The notes: a model not told the origin generated them from the letters alone. A DNA stretch of 64,000 nt from Candidatus Multivoradales bacterium (GCA_965248055.1 CBDFIJ010000004.1:1756299-1820298); one strand, 5' to 3'. Counted from the first letter of the stretch, positions 18,894 to 30,270 are shown. Translations and numbers: made by a program.

Positions 18894-19088
18894 AATTCCT
18901 CGAACCTGAGTTGTTGAAGCGCGTGGGATCGTCGAGAACACATCAACGCGACAAAATCCGATCTTGCCGAAAGGTCACCTCGCGGAGACCTAAAATATCT
19001 ACTCCCTCCGGTGCGATAGGCTCAGCCAGACGTGCCTAAGACTGGCAGCAATTATCGGTCGGGGCCGCTTTTCTGATCAGGGGGTTTC

Positions 19089-21788
19089 ATGGATTCGTTT
19101 GATAGTCACAGCACACTCCAAGCCGGCGGACAGAGCGTCCGCATTGCCCGATTGTCCGCACTCGCCGCAGCCGGACATGACCTCGACCGACTGCCGTTCA
19201 GTCTGAAGATTCTGCTGGAAAATTTACTACGACGAGAAGACGGCAAGATCGTTCCCGCAGCCGATATCGAGGCTCTCTTGGCCTGGGATTCCAAGGCCGA
19301 ACCGGCCACCGAAATTGCTTTCATGCCAGCACGCGTGTTGCTGCAAGACTTTACCGGGGTTCCGGCAATCGTCGACCTCGCTGCGCTACGCGACGCGATG
19401 CACGAACTGGGTGGTGACCCCAAAAAGATCAACCCTCTACAGCCGGCAGAGCTGGTGATCGACCACTCAGTACAGGTAGACGAGTACGGTTCTGACGCGG
19501 CCTTCCTGCTCAACGTCGAGCGGGAATTCCAACGCAATGGCGAGCGCTACGCGTTCTTACGTTGGGGGCAATCTTCGTTTGACAACTTCAGAGTGGTACC
19601 TCCCGGCACCGGGATTGTTCACCAGATCAATATTGAATACCTAGCGCGGGTGATCATGACCGGAGAGGGTGACACCCCGTGGGCCTATCCCGACACCCTA
19701 GTCGGCACTGACTCCCACACCACCATGGTCAATGGCTTGGGAGTGCTGGGTTGGGGAGTTGGTGGCATTGAGGCCGAAGCCGCAATGTTGGGCCAACCGG
19801 TGAGCATGCTAATTCCCCAAGTGGTCGGTTTTCGCTTGGTCGGGGAGCTGGCCGAAGGAGCCACCGCTACCGACCTAGTATTGACGGTTACCGAGATGCT
19901 GCGCGCCCACGGGGTGGTTGGCAAGTTCGTCGAGTATTTTGGGCCTGGCTTGGCCGGACTGCCACTTGCGGATCGGGCCACCATCGCCAACATGGCGCCC
20001 GAATACGGCGCAACCTGCGGCATCTTCCCGATCGACAACGCGACCTTGGACTACCTCCGGCTTACCGGCCGCAGTCAATGCCAAATCGAGTTGGTCGAGG
20101 CCTACGCTCGGGAGCAGGGCATGTTTCACACTGCAGACACTCCCGAAGCGGAGTACTCCGACACTATGGAGCTGGATCTATCCACGGTACAACCCAGCTT
20201 GGCGGGGCCCAAACGGCCACAAGATCGGATCGCTCTGGGAGACGTCAAAGACTCGTTCCTGGCTGGCATCGACAAGCTAGTCCCTCCGGGTCGCGACGTT
20301 CAGGTGGACGACATCTCCGCCTCTCTCGATGGTCAGGATTTCTCTCTCAACGACGGCTCGTTGGTGATCGCAGCCATCACCAGTTGCACCAACACCTCCA
20401 ATCCTTCAGTGATGGTAGGCGCCGGCCTCTTGGCCAAGAACGCCGTCGCCCGCGGTTTGACCCGCAAACCCTGGGTCAAGACTTCCTTGGCACCAGGATC
20501 TAAGGTGGTGACTCGCTATCTGGAGCGCGCCGGGTTGATGGAGCCGCTGGAGGCTTTGGGCTTTCATCTGGTTGGCTACGGTTGCACCACTTGTATCGGC
20601 AACAGCGGCCCGCTGCCCGAGCCGATTCGTGAAGCGATCCATCAAGGCGATTTGGTCACCGCCGCGATTCTCTCGGGCAATCGCAATTTCGAAGGCCGCA
20701 TCAGCCCAGATATTCGCGCCAACTATCTGGCTTCGCCGCCTCTTGTGGTGGCGTTCGCTCTTGCTGGCCGTATCGATGTCGACGTTTACAACGAACCCTT
20801 GGAAGTCGGCTCCGATGGTCAAGATGTCTACCTGCGAGACATTTGGCCCAGCCAATCCGAGATCGCCGCCACCGTCGCCGACGCAGTCCGCGGCGAAATG
20901 TTCAGCGAAGAGTACGCCGGAGTGTTCGACGGTGACGAGCAGTGGAACTCGCTGGAGATTCCTTCCGGGGACACCTATTCCTGGGCGCCAGACTCCACTT
21001 ACATCAAACTGCCACCGTTCTTTCAAGGTATCGGCTTGGACCTGGAACCAACAGTCGATATCGAGGGCGCACGGTGCTTAGCGTTGCTCGGCAACTCGGT
21101 AACCACCGATCACATTTCCCCGGCGGGGGCGATCAAGGTGGACAGCCCAGCGGGGCACTACCTGACCGAGCATGGTGTGAGTCCTCGCGACTTCAACTCC
21201 TACGGCTCGCGGCGAGGTAACCATGAGGTGATGATGCGCGGCACCTTTGGCAATGTCCGACTGCGCAACCTACTAGTGCCTGGAGTTGAGGGCGGCTTCA
21301 CTCGTTATCTGCCAACCAACGAATCGACCTCGATCTATGACGCAGCCATGCGCTATCAAGAAGATGGCACTCCGCTGGTGGTAATCGCTGGGACCGAATA
21401 CGGCACCGGGTCGTCGCGCGATTGGGCAGCCAAAGGATCGGCATTGCTTGGCATCAAGGCGGTAATCACCGCGAGTTACGAACGCATCCATCGCTCCAAC
21501 CTCATCGGCATGGGGGTCTTACCCCTCGAGTTCTTGGCCGGAGAGTCTGCGACCACCCACGGACTCACCGGAGAAGAGACGTTTGCCATTCAAGGTTTGG
21601 CGGCGATGATGAATCAAGAGTTTAAGAAAGGCACGCAGGTAACGGTCAGCGCCACCAACGCCGACGGTGAGACCAAAAGCTTTCCGGTCCAGGTTCGACT
21701 CGACACCCCTCAGGAGGCCGAGTACTACCGCCACGGAGGCATCCTGACCTATGTGTTGCGCCATCTGGCTGCGGGTGAGCGGAGCTAA
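19089..21788 (+). CDS. acnA: Aconitate hydratase A
   Basis: 899 aa. It has the aconitase 4Fe-4S ligand region 'SCTNTSNP' and '[11 protein letters not shown]', and a swivel domain of AcnA/IRP type. Confidence 0.95.
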   Translation: MDSFDSHSTLQAGGQSVRIARLSALAAAGHDLDRLPFSLKILLENLLRREDGKIVPAADIEALLAWDSKAEPATEIAFMPARVLLQDFTGVPAIVDLAALRDAMHELGGDPKKINPLQPAELVIDHSVQVDEYGSDAAFLLNVEREFQRNGERYAFLRWGQSSFDNFRVVPPGTGIVHQINIEYLARVIMTGEGDTPWAYPDTLVGTDSHTTMVNGLGVLGWGVGGIEAEAAMLGQPVSMLIPQVVGFRLVGELAEGATATDLVLTVTEMLRAHGVVGKFVEYFGPGLAGLPLADRATIANMAPEYGATCGIFPIDNATLDYLRLTGRSQCQIELVEAYAREQGMFHTADTPEAEYSDTMELDLSTVQPSLAGPKRPQDRIALGDVKDSFLAGIDKLVPPGRDVQVDDISASLDGQDFSLNDGSLVIAAITSCTNTSNPSVMVGAGLLAKNAVARGLTRKPWVKTSLAPGSKVVTRYLERAGLMEPLEALGFHLVGYGCTTCIGNSGPLPEPIREAIHQGDLVTAAILSGNRNFEGRISPDIRANYLASPPLVVAFALAGRIDVDVYNEPLEVGSDGQDVYLRDIWPSQSEIAATVADAVRGEMFSEEYAGVFDGDEQWNSLEIPSGDTYSWAPDSTYIKLPPFFQGIGLDLEPTVDIEGARCLALLGNSVTTDHISPAGAIKVDSPAGHYLTEHGVSPRDFNSYGSRRGNHEVMMRGTFGNVRLRNLLVPGVEGGFTRYLPTNESTSIYDAAMRYQEDGTPLVVIAGTEYGTGSSRDWAAKGSALLGIKAVITASYERIHRSNLIGMGVLPLEFLAGESATTHGLTGEETFAIQGLAAMMNQEFKKGTQVTVSATNADGETKSFPVQVRLDTPQEAEYYRHGGILTYVLRHLAAGERS

Positions 21789-21927
21789 GACAAGCTGTGA
21801 GCAGGTCAGGCGCCAAGCGTGGGGCAGATTCGGCCCAGCCGCAAGCCGCGACCGAACTAGGCGTACTGGTTTGTACGTCGCAGGTCGGGAGCGGTGAGGA
21901 CAGGCCGAGATTGCGTGCGATCGGCGT

Positions 21928-22920
21928 ATGAAGATCTTTCTCACCGGTGGTACCGGCTACATCGGCGGCTTGCTCGCCAAGCGGCTCCACGCGGACCAAC
22001 ACCAGCTCTCATGTCTGGTGCGCGCCACCAGTCGACCCGAGACAGTCGCCGCACTTCGCGATCTAGGAGCTGAGATCCATATCGGAGACCTGGATGACCG
22101 CGAGTCGTTGCGGCCCGGCATGCGAGAGGCTGATTGGGTGGTTCACGCTGGAGCAGAGCTCAACCGCGACGGAGATATGGACCGAGCCAACGTCAACGGC
22201 TCCACTCATATCGCTTCACTGGCCGTCGAACTGGCAATCCCCCGCTTTTTCTCGGTCTCGTCGATAGCCTTTTGGGGTGGAAGCCCAGCGGATGGATCCC
22301 CAGGAAATGAAGACTCACCGGTTCAAGACTTTCCCACCGCCTATAGCGCGACCAAGAATGCCGGAGAGCTAGCGATTCGCGCCCACCAAGAGCGAGGACT
22401 CAACGTGGTCAGCGTGCACCCAAGTCTGGTTTACGGGCCCCCGGGCAAGAAAAACGGCGCCAACTTTTTTCTCTACCAAATCGTCCACCAGAAACTCCCG
22501 GCGCTGATGGCCGCAGATCGCATCGTCAGTTGGATCTATATCGATGATGTGGTCGAAGCCATAGTGCGCATCATCGACCTAGACCTCACCGAGGGTCGCT
22601 ACCTACTCGCCGGCGAAGGCATCACACTCGCCGACACGGCAGCAAAACTCGGAGAGTTGGCCGGATCTAAAGTCCCCAAGGTTCATCTTTCGGTACCTAC
22701 CGCAAAAGCCCTACTCCACATTGCCTCGCCCTTTTTTCGCCTAGCCGGCAAACGACTCCCTGTCGAACCCGTGCGACTCGACTACCTAGCCAAGCATTGG
22801 CACTTCTCCGACGCCAAAGCTCAGCGAGACCTCAGCTGGTATCCCCGGGGGTTGGATCAAGGACTGCCGCCGACGGTGGAAATGTTGATGGCAAACGATC
22901 CCCGATTCGAGACTGTCTAG
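21928..22920 (+). CDS. NAD-dependent epimerase/dehydratase-family protein
   Basis: 'MKIFLTGGTGYIGG' Rossmann motif and 'YSATK' catalytic motif. Confidence 0.8.
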   Translation: MKIFLTGGTGYIGGLLAKRLHADQHQLSCLVRATSRPETVAALRDLGAEIHIGDLDDRESLRPGMREADWVVHAGAELNRDGDMDRANVNGSTHIASLAVELAIPRFFSVSSIAFWGGSPADGSPGNEDSPVQDFPTAYSATKNAGELAIRAHQERGLNVVSVHPSLVYGPPGKKNGANFFLYQIVHQKLPALMAADRIVSWIYIDDVVEAIVRIIDLDLTEGRYLLAGEGITLADTAAKLGELAGSKVPKVHLSVPTAKALLHIASPFFRLAGKRLPVEPVRLDYLAKHWHFSDAKAQRDLSWYPRGLDQGLPPTVEMLMANDPRFETV

Positions 22921-25900
22921 CTAGTCCGAGTTATATATATCTTGAGATGTAGCGTCCCTACTGACAGGTCGACACTTCACCTGCTTTCCAGTGACAGGAT
23001 CCACATCGCATTCAATGGTACGGGCAAAGTCTTGCCCTTCGTCTTCAAATAGAAATAGCATTCCCTCATCCGTACCTGGCTCGACTTGGCCCTCGACAAA
23101 ATCAAGGACATCTTGATCGGGGAATTCTTCCCCCATCGCAGCTTTCACCAGACCCAAATGGTGTTGAGCTGACTTGTAATCGTTTCGACCTGCGGCCAAT
23201 AAACCCAAACCCCGATGTGCCAACATATCGGTACCATCTTGCTTCAGTGCTTGCTCTAAAGCACGTTTGCTCTCCGGTCTCCGATCCAAGTGGAAAAGCA
23301 GCGTCCCCAAATGAGAAAGCGCAGACGGATACTCTGAATTCTTGTCGACGAGTTGCTGCAAAATTTCCACTGAAGATTCCAGCCCCTCAGAGGCTTCCGC
23401 AACGCCAGATAGAGCCAAAGTAGCGAGCCCTGGATGCGCTGTCTCCTGAACAGTCTCGCTAAATCCAGTAAGCGTCATCGCACCATCTGTAGCCTGTTGC
23501 CATGCTGCGTTGCGCACAATGTGGGTGACGTATGTGTACGCTTCTACCGCTGGTTCGAGGGCTGCGAGTGCCCTTTCCCATTGATCGTGTTCTATGTAGA
23601 TACGAAATATAGTTATTCGATCATCGACATCGTCTGCATCAATGTCCAGATGGGTATCGAAGCTATCCCAAGCCGCATCGAGCCGGCCAAGCTCGACAAG
23701 AACCAGCCCTCGATTCAAATGTGCCCATTGATCGCGACTAGAAATCTCAATCTGACGGTCGAGCTGAACTAACGCTTCCTCAAAACGTCCGAGCTGCTTC
23801 AACGCTCGACCGTAGTTGTTGAAAGCCGCTTTATGTTCTGGCTCGATTTCAACCACATGTTCAAACAGCGGGAGCGACTCCTCCGCAAAGCCATTTTCTA
23901 GAAGGGAGTACCCCGCTCGGTGAAGCTCCCAATCATCGTTCGACATCGAGTTCAGGCGGGACAGGACCTCCTTTGCACGCCCGTCACGCTCTAAAGAAAA
24001 GGCACATTCCCCTATCCGCAACCACGCTCGTGTGTCATCTGGGTCAACCGCAATAGCTCGCTCCAGGAACTGGGTCGCCTCGCCGCAACGATCTTCCTCC
24101 GTATGAATCCTGCCGATTTCAGCAAGGGCGTAGTCGTCTAAAGGAAAGAACTTCAAGTGGTCCAAATAGGCTTCGATTGCTTCGTCATTGCGATCGGACT
24201 CCGAAAAAGCCCAGCCGATGTACTTGCGGGCTTTGTCATCGTAGGGCTTGACCTCCAAGTGCTTTCTCATCGTTTCGATGCTGTCTTCGAAGCGACCCAT
24301 CTCGCTGTAACAACGACCTAGGTAGTACCAAGCAGAGTCGTGTTCTGGCGATTGCTCAGTGATCCTTTGATACAAGTCCACGGCGGTCGCATAGTTATCT
24401 GATCTCCACGCGGCCATCGCAGCGTTCTCCAAAGTCTCAAGGCTAGCTTCCGAGGCTCTGGCCTCCGCATCCCCAGTGAAGCGAGCCGAAACTGTTTGTT
24501 TCGCGTCGGCGAGCGCTGCACTACGTAGTACGCCAAAGGCTCCAGGGTCGGAAGGTAGCGTATCGACAACCAGATGGCGGGTGGCTCTGAGTGTCCCGTT
24601 ATCGAACGAATACTCCGAAGAATAATTGCCGAACTCCCACGTCGAGTCGACCGGTAGAGGAAGCCTCACCTCGACACCTTCTGATATCTGAAGTTCCATC
24701 GTGAACTTCTGCGAGTTAGTTGTCCAGCGCCGCCGAAGCCATTCTTTTTCAAAAACCTCGTCAGAGATCACGGTTGGGCGACGCAGCGGGAACCGAACGG
24801 ACTGCTCACTGGTTAGAGGGTTAAGAAAATTCTTGAGGGTTAGATCGTATTCAATACGCAGCGGTTGGTCCGTATTGGTGGGTTCCCCGACAGTCAGGTT
24901 TGAGATGTCTCCTTCGGTGGGTTCCAGTCCATCAAAAACCATCTTCGTCCAGTTCGCTTTTGGTACGAACATAAAAGCCTGCCTCAACTCGAACTCGTCG
25001 TCCCCCCGCAATTCGAACACCACACGTGCGGTCAAGGTTCCGTTTTCGTCAACTTCGCCCTCCAGCTTTTGTTCCAATACCTCCGACACCAAGGAGCGCT
25101 CCGGGGTTCGAACAATGCGACTGTCCTCTCCGTCGATCACCAAAGCGTTTTTGTCGATTAACGCTTGAGATAAATACTGGTAAGGGGTCACCTGAGACGT
25201 ACTGTCCAGCCACACCGACCCCTTCTCCGTCGGCACCATCGTGATCATGTGGTTGAATTGCCCTGGTGAGGGCACTTCCGGTTCAATGGCGGTAGACGAA
25301 CCAATCAACACCGCCTTTGACTCGAACCCAGCGGTCAAGAGCATCGCGGCTAGAAGAGAGTGTTTATCTTTGCAATCGCCATATCCATTGGAAAGCACTT
25401 CCGACGCGAAATGAGGTTGGTAGCGACCTACGCCGTAGCTGATGCTCAAATAACGAAATTCACGGGCGACAAAATTGTAGATACGTTCGATTTTTTCCGC
25501 TGGTGATCCCGCGTCTGCGATCAGCTCCCGCACCCTATTCTCAATCGTTGGATCTGGAACTCCTCTTCCTTGTAACAAATCAGATGCCCAGCTCCCAACT
25601 TCGCTCCACGACAAGAAACTAGACAACTGCACATCTGGCTGCTGCGTTTCATAAGGTGATAATCCCTCGTCTTCTTCTTTTTCTTCACCTTTTGAAGTGT
25701 GCGTCCAACGATAGACCTGTTGAGGGCCAGCCTCCGTCACTTCTGGTTCAGTGACAGACTTGAAACGTACCTCTCGTTTCTTGGGAAAGCTAACAGTCAG
25801 CGATTCGCTGATAACGGGAAACAAGGTAGTGAACGCATGAGTCATCCAAAACTGGCCCGGTGCTTCTGGCTCCAGAATTTCAGTGCTGGTCTGCACTTCC

Positions 25901-26337
25901 AGGATGTTCCCACGCGCCAACGGTGGAGCCGTGGCATGAACGATGTGAAGGTCAGTGTAGGACGGAAATTGGGTAGTAACCGGCGCCGGAAGATCTTTGA
26001 TCTCAGAAGCGCTCTCATGGAGAAGACTCCCCTCTGAATCAAAAACAGCGATTCGATCCACAGAGAATGACTCCCGACCTTTTAGGTAGGGAAAAAGGAG
26101 TTGCCCGAATTCTTGCGCTGCGCCATCCGATTGCAAACGAACCTTCAGCAAGTTCGTCTTCTTTCCAGTGCCATCGTTGTTAAAAGAGTACGAGATGTCG
26201 ATCGACTCAAAGACCAAAGGCTCGCTGTCCAAATCCTCTTCTGCGTACATTGCTGTCGACGCAGCACTTGCCGCTAGAACAATCACACCAGCCCATCGAA
26301 ACAAGAACCCTAGTTGCACGGTAATTCCCCCAATCAA
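22921..26337 (-). CDS. Large secreted protein with an N-terminal DUF3857/transglutaminase-like cysteine-protease core and a long C-terminal TPR array
   Basis: 'GYGDCKDKHSLLAAMLLTAGFESKAVL' is a transglutaminase-like core. There are multiple TPR repeats and a signal peptide. Confidence 0.8.
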   Translation of the reverse strand: MIGGITVQLGFLFRWAGVIVLAASAASTAMYAEEDLDSEPLVFESIDISYSFNNDGTGKKTNLLKVRLQSDGAAQEFGQLLFPYLKGRESFSVDRIAVFDSEGSLLHESASEIKDLPAPVTTQFPSYTDLHIVHATAPPLARGNILEVQTSTEILEPEAPGQFWMTHAFTTLFPVISESLTVSFPKKREVRFKSVTEPEVTEAGPQQVYRWTHTSKGEEKEEDEGLSPYETQQPDVQLSSFLSWSEVGSWASDLLQGRGVPDPTIENRVRELIADAGSPAEKIERIYNFVAREFRYLSISYGVGRYQPHFASEVLSNGYGDCKDKHSLLAAMLLTAGFESKAVLIGSSTAIEPEVPSPGQFNHMITMVPTEKGSVWLDSTSQVTPYQYLSQALIDKNALVIDGEDSRIVRTPERSLVSEVLEQKLEGEVDENGTLTARVVFELRGDDEFELRQAFMFVPKANWTKMVFDGLEPTEGDISNLTVGEPTNTDQPLRIEYDLTLKNFLNPLTSEQSVRFPLRRPTVISDEVFEKEWLRRRWTTNSQKFTMELQISEGVEVRLPLPVDSTWEFGNYSSEYSFDNGTLRATRHLVVDTLPSDPGAFGVLRSAALADAKQTVSARFTGDAEARASEASLETLENAAMAAWRSDNYATAVDLYQRITEQSPEHDSAWYYLGRCYSEMGRFEDSIETMRKHLEVKPYDDKARKYIGWAFSESDRNDEAIEAYLDHLKFFPLDDYALAEIGRIHTEEDRCGEATQFLERAIAVDPDDTRAWLRIGECAFSLERDGRAKEVLSRLNSMSNDDWELHRAGYSLLENGFAEESLPLFEHVVEIEPEHKAAFNNYGRALKQLGRFEEALVQLDRQIEISSRDQWAHLNRGLVLVELGRLDAAWDSFDTHLDIDADDVDDRITIFRIYIEHDQWERALAALEPAVEAYTYVTHIVRNAAWQQATDGAMTLTGFSETVQETAHPGLATLALSGVAEASEGLESSVEILQQLVDKNSEYPSALSHLGTLLFHLDRRPESKRALEQALKQDGTDMLAHRGLGLLAAGRNDYKSAQHHLGLVKAAMGEEFPDQDVLDFVEGQVEPGTDEGMLFLFEDEGQDFARTIECDVDPVTGKQVKCRPVSRDATSQDIYNSD

Positions 26338-26555
26338 TCAACTTCTGCCCAGCCACCAGATTATAGCGACGCCGAAATAGCTCGTTGATCAGGATGACCA
26401 AAACTAGAACCAACAACGACGACGACACACCGTAAACGCCTCGCGGAAGCCAGAGTTTGAAGCGGTTGAAATGGTAACCAGTTAGAGTCGGCCCACATTC
26501 AACCGCTTGCAGGTATGCTTAATCTCACTTTTGGTTTCCGCAAAGGAGCATTGTC

Positions 26556-27074
26556 ATGCGCATTTTGATCTGTTGTTTGCTGCTCGCTCTCATCATTCCC
26601 CAGGCAGCTCTTGCGGTAGTCAGCTTTACCCAACTCGACGAAGACACTTTTGTTGTTAGTCACCGCATCAAGGGCATCGGACTGCGCGGAAAGGCCATCA
26701 AGCTGGTCTATACCAAGGCGGCATCGCTGTGTATTGCAGCGGGATACTCCCACATGCGGATCGTCAACGAGGAGTCGGAAAGCGGGCAATCCGATGACAC
26801 TGCCAACGCCAGCATGCGGGTACAGTTCTATTTTCAAGATGGAGAGGATCGCCTCGACTGCGACCGGCAATCGGATCCAGAGTACATCCTTCAAGCTCGA
26901 GAGAAACTGGCGAAGCGTGGTTACCAGTGGCCAGAGGAACCGTCGCAAGAAATGCTCACGACCGAAGCAGAGGGCGAGGGTGGTGACACCGGCTCCTGCT
27001 CGATCCCCCAAATCGCCGCGATGGCCCGTACCGGCCTCAACGATGAACAGATCATCGCCGCTTGCGGGGGTTGA
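26556..27074 (+). CDS. Secreted hypothetical protein
   Basis: Signal peptide 'MRILICCLLLALIIPQAALA'. I did not recognise it. Confidence 0.5.
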   Translation: MRILICCLLLALIIPQAALAVVSFTQLDEDTFVVSHRIKGIGLRGKAIKLVYTKAASLCIAAGYSHMRIVNEESESGQSDDTANASMRVQFYFQDGEDRLDCDRQSDPEYILQAREKLAKRGYQWPEEPSQEMLTTEAEGEGGDTGSCSIPQIAAMARTGLNDEQIIAACGG

Positions 27075-27135
27075 TATCGATACAAGAAATCCCAATGACC
27101 GGAGGAGTCGCTAGAAAACTATTCTTGACCTAGAA

Positions 27136-27831
27136 TTGAGAAGTCCTAACGAACGATGGCACCAATTGCATCCATCGAGAGAGGTTTTTTTGTTCAAGAA
27201 GGCGGGAAAAACCAACAATTGCGTCCCCGTCTCAAGGGTTCAAACGCCGACTCAACACGTCACTTTCGAACGGTTCATCTCAACACCGGCAAGAATCCTG
27301 GCTGGGTCTCCCAGTCAATATCAGCGCTGCGAAGCGCTCATACTTCTATATATCAAGACCGAAGAACAACTTCGAAAGCTCTTTTGTTTCCTGGCCAGAA
27401 CAGAACCGCATTGCGTGGATTGGGCGCATATCGCTAGGTACGTGTCTGAGCACAAAGATTGGCAACCATCAAAGTGGATCAATTCGATCGATCGTCTCCA
27501 CTCAAAGGGGTTTTTTCACCGTGCTGTTTCTGCTGTGGACGAGGACTTTCGGGCTATGCGAAAAGAGCTGGAGGGCTATAAGCCTCATCGAGATAGGTTG
27601 TTTCACGGCGTCACCGTGAATAAAACTTTCTACCGTTGGCTAGAAAACAGAAATCGCTGTGGGTTCCTAATTCATTGGCTGGAAACGGTCGGCGCAGCGA
27701 TGACTAAATCCATCAACTACGATGGAATCCAGATGATCAGTGCGTTGAAGCGTAAACCGTTGTGCAAGTTCCCCCGCTCGACGGATTACCTTGAAGTCAA
27801 GGAATACCTCAACGAGTATCGCTACGATTGA
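27136..27831 (+). CDS. Low-GC orphan hypothetical protein
   Basis: Long ORF with atypical composition and no recognisable motifs. It could be shorter than called. Confidence 0.35.
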   Translation: MRSPNERWHQLHPSREVFLFKKAGKTNNCVPVSRVQTPTQHVTFERFISTPARILAGSPSQYQRCEALILLYIKTEEQLRKLFCFLARTEPHCVDWAHIARYVSEHKDWQPSKWINSIDRLHSKGFFHRAVSAVDEDFRAMRKELEGYKPHRDRLFHGVTVNKTFYRWLENRNRCGFLIHWLETVGAAMTKSINYDGIQMISALKRKPLCKFPRSTDYLEVKEYLNEYRYD

Positions 27832-27912
27832 CGAGCACTAGCGTAGATCTACTCAAGAGAAAACGAGCCTCTCGCCAGAGTGGCTCTCCGTTATTGGTCG
27901 ATGACCTCGGCG

Positions 27913-28524
27913 CTAGGCGTCGTACTTCACCGAGCAACCGTAGGGACGTGTGGTCGCTGGATCAGCAGCACTGTCCATCGCCAGCGCCGTCAGCGCCCCA
28001 TCGACATAGTTGTCGCGCTCGTAGGAGCTAAGGCGGCCTCGGGGGTCGTCGTCGATTGCACCGTTGTAGAGAATCGTACCCTCGCCATTGATGACATACA
28101 TGTGTGGTGTGGTCTTGGCATTGTAAGCGTGGCCGACTTCGCCCGAAGCATCATAGAGCACCGCATAGTCGACGCCGTTCTTTTGATTGAACGCTAAGTG
28201 CTCGGCGGGCTGCAAATAGTCGCTGTGATCAGCGGCGGTGCTGTTGATCGCCAGCCAGGCGACATCGCCGTACTTGGCCGTTAAATCCACCATGGTTTGT
28301 TCTCGAGTGTGGCGTAAGGAATATGGGCAGTTGGGGTTAATCCACTCCAGGACCACCACCTGTCCAGCATAGTCCGACAAGGTGTGGACACTGCCATCGG
28401 CTGCGGTAAGGGTGAAATCCGGGGCGGCGGTACCAACCGCACCACTTGCCGCCAACGGAGCAACCGCAAAGAGGGCAACCAAAGCCCATAGCAAGCGGGT
28501 CCGGACAAAGTCATTCTGAGTCAT
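27913..28524 (-). CDS. Periplasmic thioredoxin-fold protein (redoxin/TlpA-like) with a monothiol CPYS motif
   Basis: Signal peptide, then 'VLEWINPNCPYSLRH'. The start was chosen at MTQNDF. Confidence 0.65.
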   Translation of the reverse strand: MTQNDFVRTRLLWALVALFAVAPLAASGAVGTAAPDFTLTAADGSVHTLSDYAGQVVVLEWINPNCPYSLRHTREQTMVDLTAKYGDVAWLAINSTAADHSDYLQPAEHLAFNQKNGVDYAVLYDASGEVGHAYNAKTTPHMYVINGEGTILYNGAIDDDPRGRLSSYERDNYVDGALTALAMDSAADPATTRPYGCSVKYDA

Positions 28525-28686
28525 TGTTCTCTCCAGGGTAGATGTCAGTTTCGAGATAGCTTGTTCTCGACACAACTGCAATACGGATTCTTGAGACTCG
28601 TGGTTCAACCGTCGGCAGACCGCAGTAATACGAAGCGTCATGAGTCTGGCCCGCGCACCAAGAATGCAGGCCGGTAAGACACATAG

Positions 28687-30219
28687 CTAGACAACAAAGT
28701 ACAGCACCCCGACCGCCCCAGCCAACGCGAGTAACCAGCCCAAGGTCTTCGCGAAGTTTCCTCGTGCTCTCACCGCCATCCAAGCGCCAGCGACCGAAAC
28801 CAAGAGGGCCAATTGAACTCCCGCCAAAGGGGTGGGGGCGATCAATCCGCCGAGCAAGTAGAACCTCGCGACCACCGCGACCAGAGCGAGGAAGCCGGCG
28901 ATTCCCAGCGCCAGTCGAGACGGAGCTTCTCGATTGGAGCGGGTTGCGATCACGGCGAGAACCAACAACCCAGTACCGACCCAGCCGATCCCGGGGGCTG
29001 CGGGAAGTAAGGAAACGGTAAACCCGGCCGCGGCAACCGCCAGTGGAGTCGTTCCGCTGAATTTCCTGCCAGCGAAAGCGACAGCGGCCCCGACCAACAG
29101 CAGCCAAGCTCCGATCGCGATCACCGGCGGCGAAATTTCCTGGGTTCCAGAACCAACCCAGAACCAGATCAATCCGATTGCCGCAATCCCAGCAATCCAC
29201 GCGGTGCGCAAGACCCCAGAGCGAGCGGTCAACGCACCAGAGCCCAGGTAGAAAAAAGCGGCCAAGACCACTGGAAGCCAGTACCACCATAAACCCGGAG
29301 AAGCGGTTGGCGTCATGGCTTTCGAAGGCACTGCCTCCGACGCCGCTACGTCCAGATCAGTCGTCGGCTCGGTTTGCCACTCTGTGGGAACCGAAACCGC
29401 CAAGCTCGCGGCCAATGCGTCCGTTCCAGGTTCAGCAACCCCCGTCGCGGTCCAGGTTAGATCCAACGTCCCAGGCAGCACTTGGGTCAGGTCGAGTCTA
29501 GAAACTGGAATCTCAACCCGAGACTGGGAGGCAGCACCGGCAGCTGTGGTGTCGATTGTTGGCACGCCCATGCCCAGCGCTTCGACCACCTCAAAGAATA
29601 AGTCCTGAACTGAAAAAGGAAGATCGATCACCAATCGACCCTCTTGTGAATCGACCCTTTCAATTCGACCCTCCAGATTGGGCCCGAGTGCAGGAACCAG
29701 ACCCCGCCAAGAAGCCAAACGTGTTTGCTGGGTCGAGTCGAACTGGATCTCCCCCAGGGCTTGAGTCAGTTCTAGATCATGTCGATAGGGGATGCACTCG
29801 GCTTCACAAACTACGTAGTCAACATTGACCAGTAGCTCAAGAGACAACCCTTCAGCTTGAATCTTCGATCGGACCGGGTAGATCACCTGGTCGCTGTAGC
29901 CAAACGCGACCAGACCTCCAGCCAAGTTGTAACGATGCGGTGCAGGAAACAGCAACTCAGCTTGGGTTACTTCTGCGGTTGCCGATAGATCAAGAGCGGG
30001 GGGGTAACCCGCATCGCCGGCGTTTTTCCAGTAAACGTGCCACCCCGGAGCCAGCTCAAACTCAACCCCGAACCAGTATTCACCCTCCGGGCTGGCGACC
30101 TCATACGGTGTGACCAAGCGCAAGGAAGACTGCTCATTGCGTTGCCATGGCCCTTCCGCGGCAAGAACCGGCGCAGCCAGAAACAGGACCGCCATGCAAA
30201 ATAGAATCATCTTCATCAA
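28687..30219 (-). CDS. Protein with a DsbD N-terminal (alpha) domain fused to a cysteine-free polytopic membrane domain
   Basis: 'GWHVYWKNAGDAGYPP' DsbD-alpha signature and a 'CEAEC' pair. The C-terminal roughly 200 aa form a Gly/Ala-rich transmembrane bundle with no Cys. Confidence 0.65.
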   Translation of the reverse strand: MMKMILFCMAVLFLAAPVLAAEGPWQRNEQSSLRLVTPYEVASPEGEYWFGVEFELAPGWHVYWKNAGDAGYPPALDLSATAEVTQAELLFPAPHRYNLAGGLVAFGYSDQVIYPVRSKIQAEGLSLELLVNVDYVVCEAECIPYRHDLELTQALGEIQFDSTQQTRLASWRGLVPALGPNLEGRIERVDSQEGRLVIDLPFSVQDLFFEVVEALGMGVPTIDTTAAGAASQSRVEIPVSRLDLTQVLPGTLDLTWTATGVAEPGTDALAASLAVSVPTEWQTEPTTDLDVAASEAVPSKAMTPTASPGLWWYWLPVVLAAFFYLGSGALTARSGVLRTAWIAGIAAIGLIWFWVGSGTQEISPPVIAIGAWLLLVGAAVAFAGRKFSGTTPLAVAAAGFTVSLLPAAPGIGWVGTGLLVLAVIATRSNREAPSRLALGIAGFLALVAVVARFYLLGGLIAPTPLAGVQLALLVSVAGAWMAVRARGNFAKTLGWLLALAGAVGVLYFVV

Positions 30220-30270
30220 CTCCTGACGTTATCAGTGTCGTTAGTCATAAGATCATCGACGGAGGTACGC

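Noticed and set aside
19106-21026. Several long antisense or alternative-frame ORFs inside acnA (for example 19106..19537 minus and 20406..21026 minus)
   Set aside because: They lie entirely within a gene whose product is confidently recognised. High GC content produces long stop-free antisense frames, and none has recognisable motifs.
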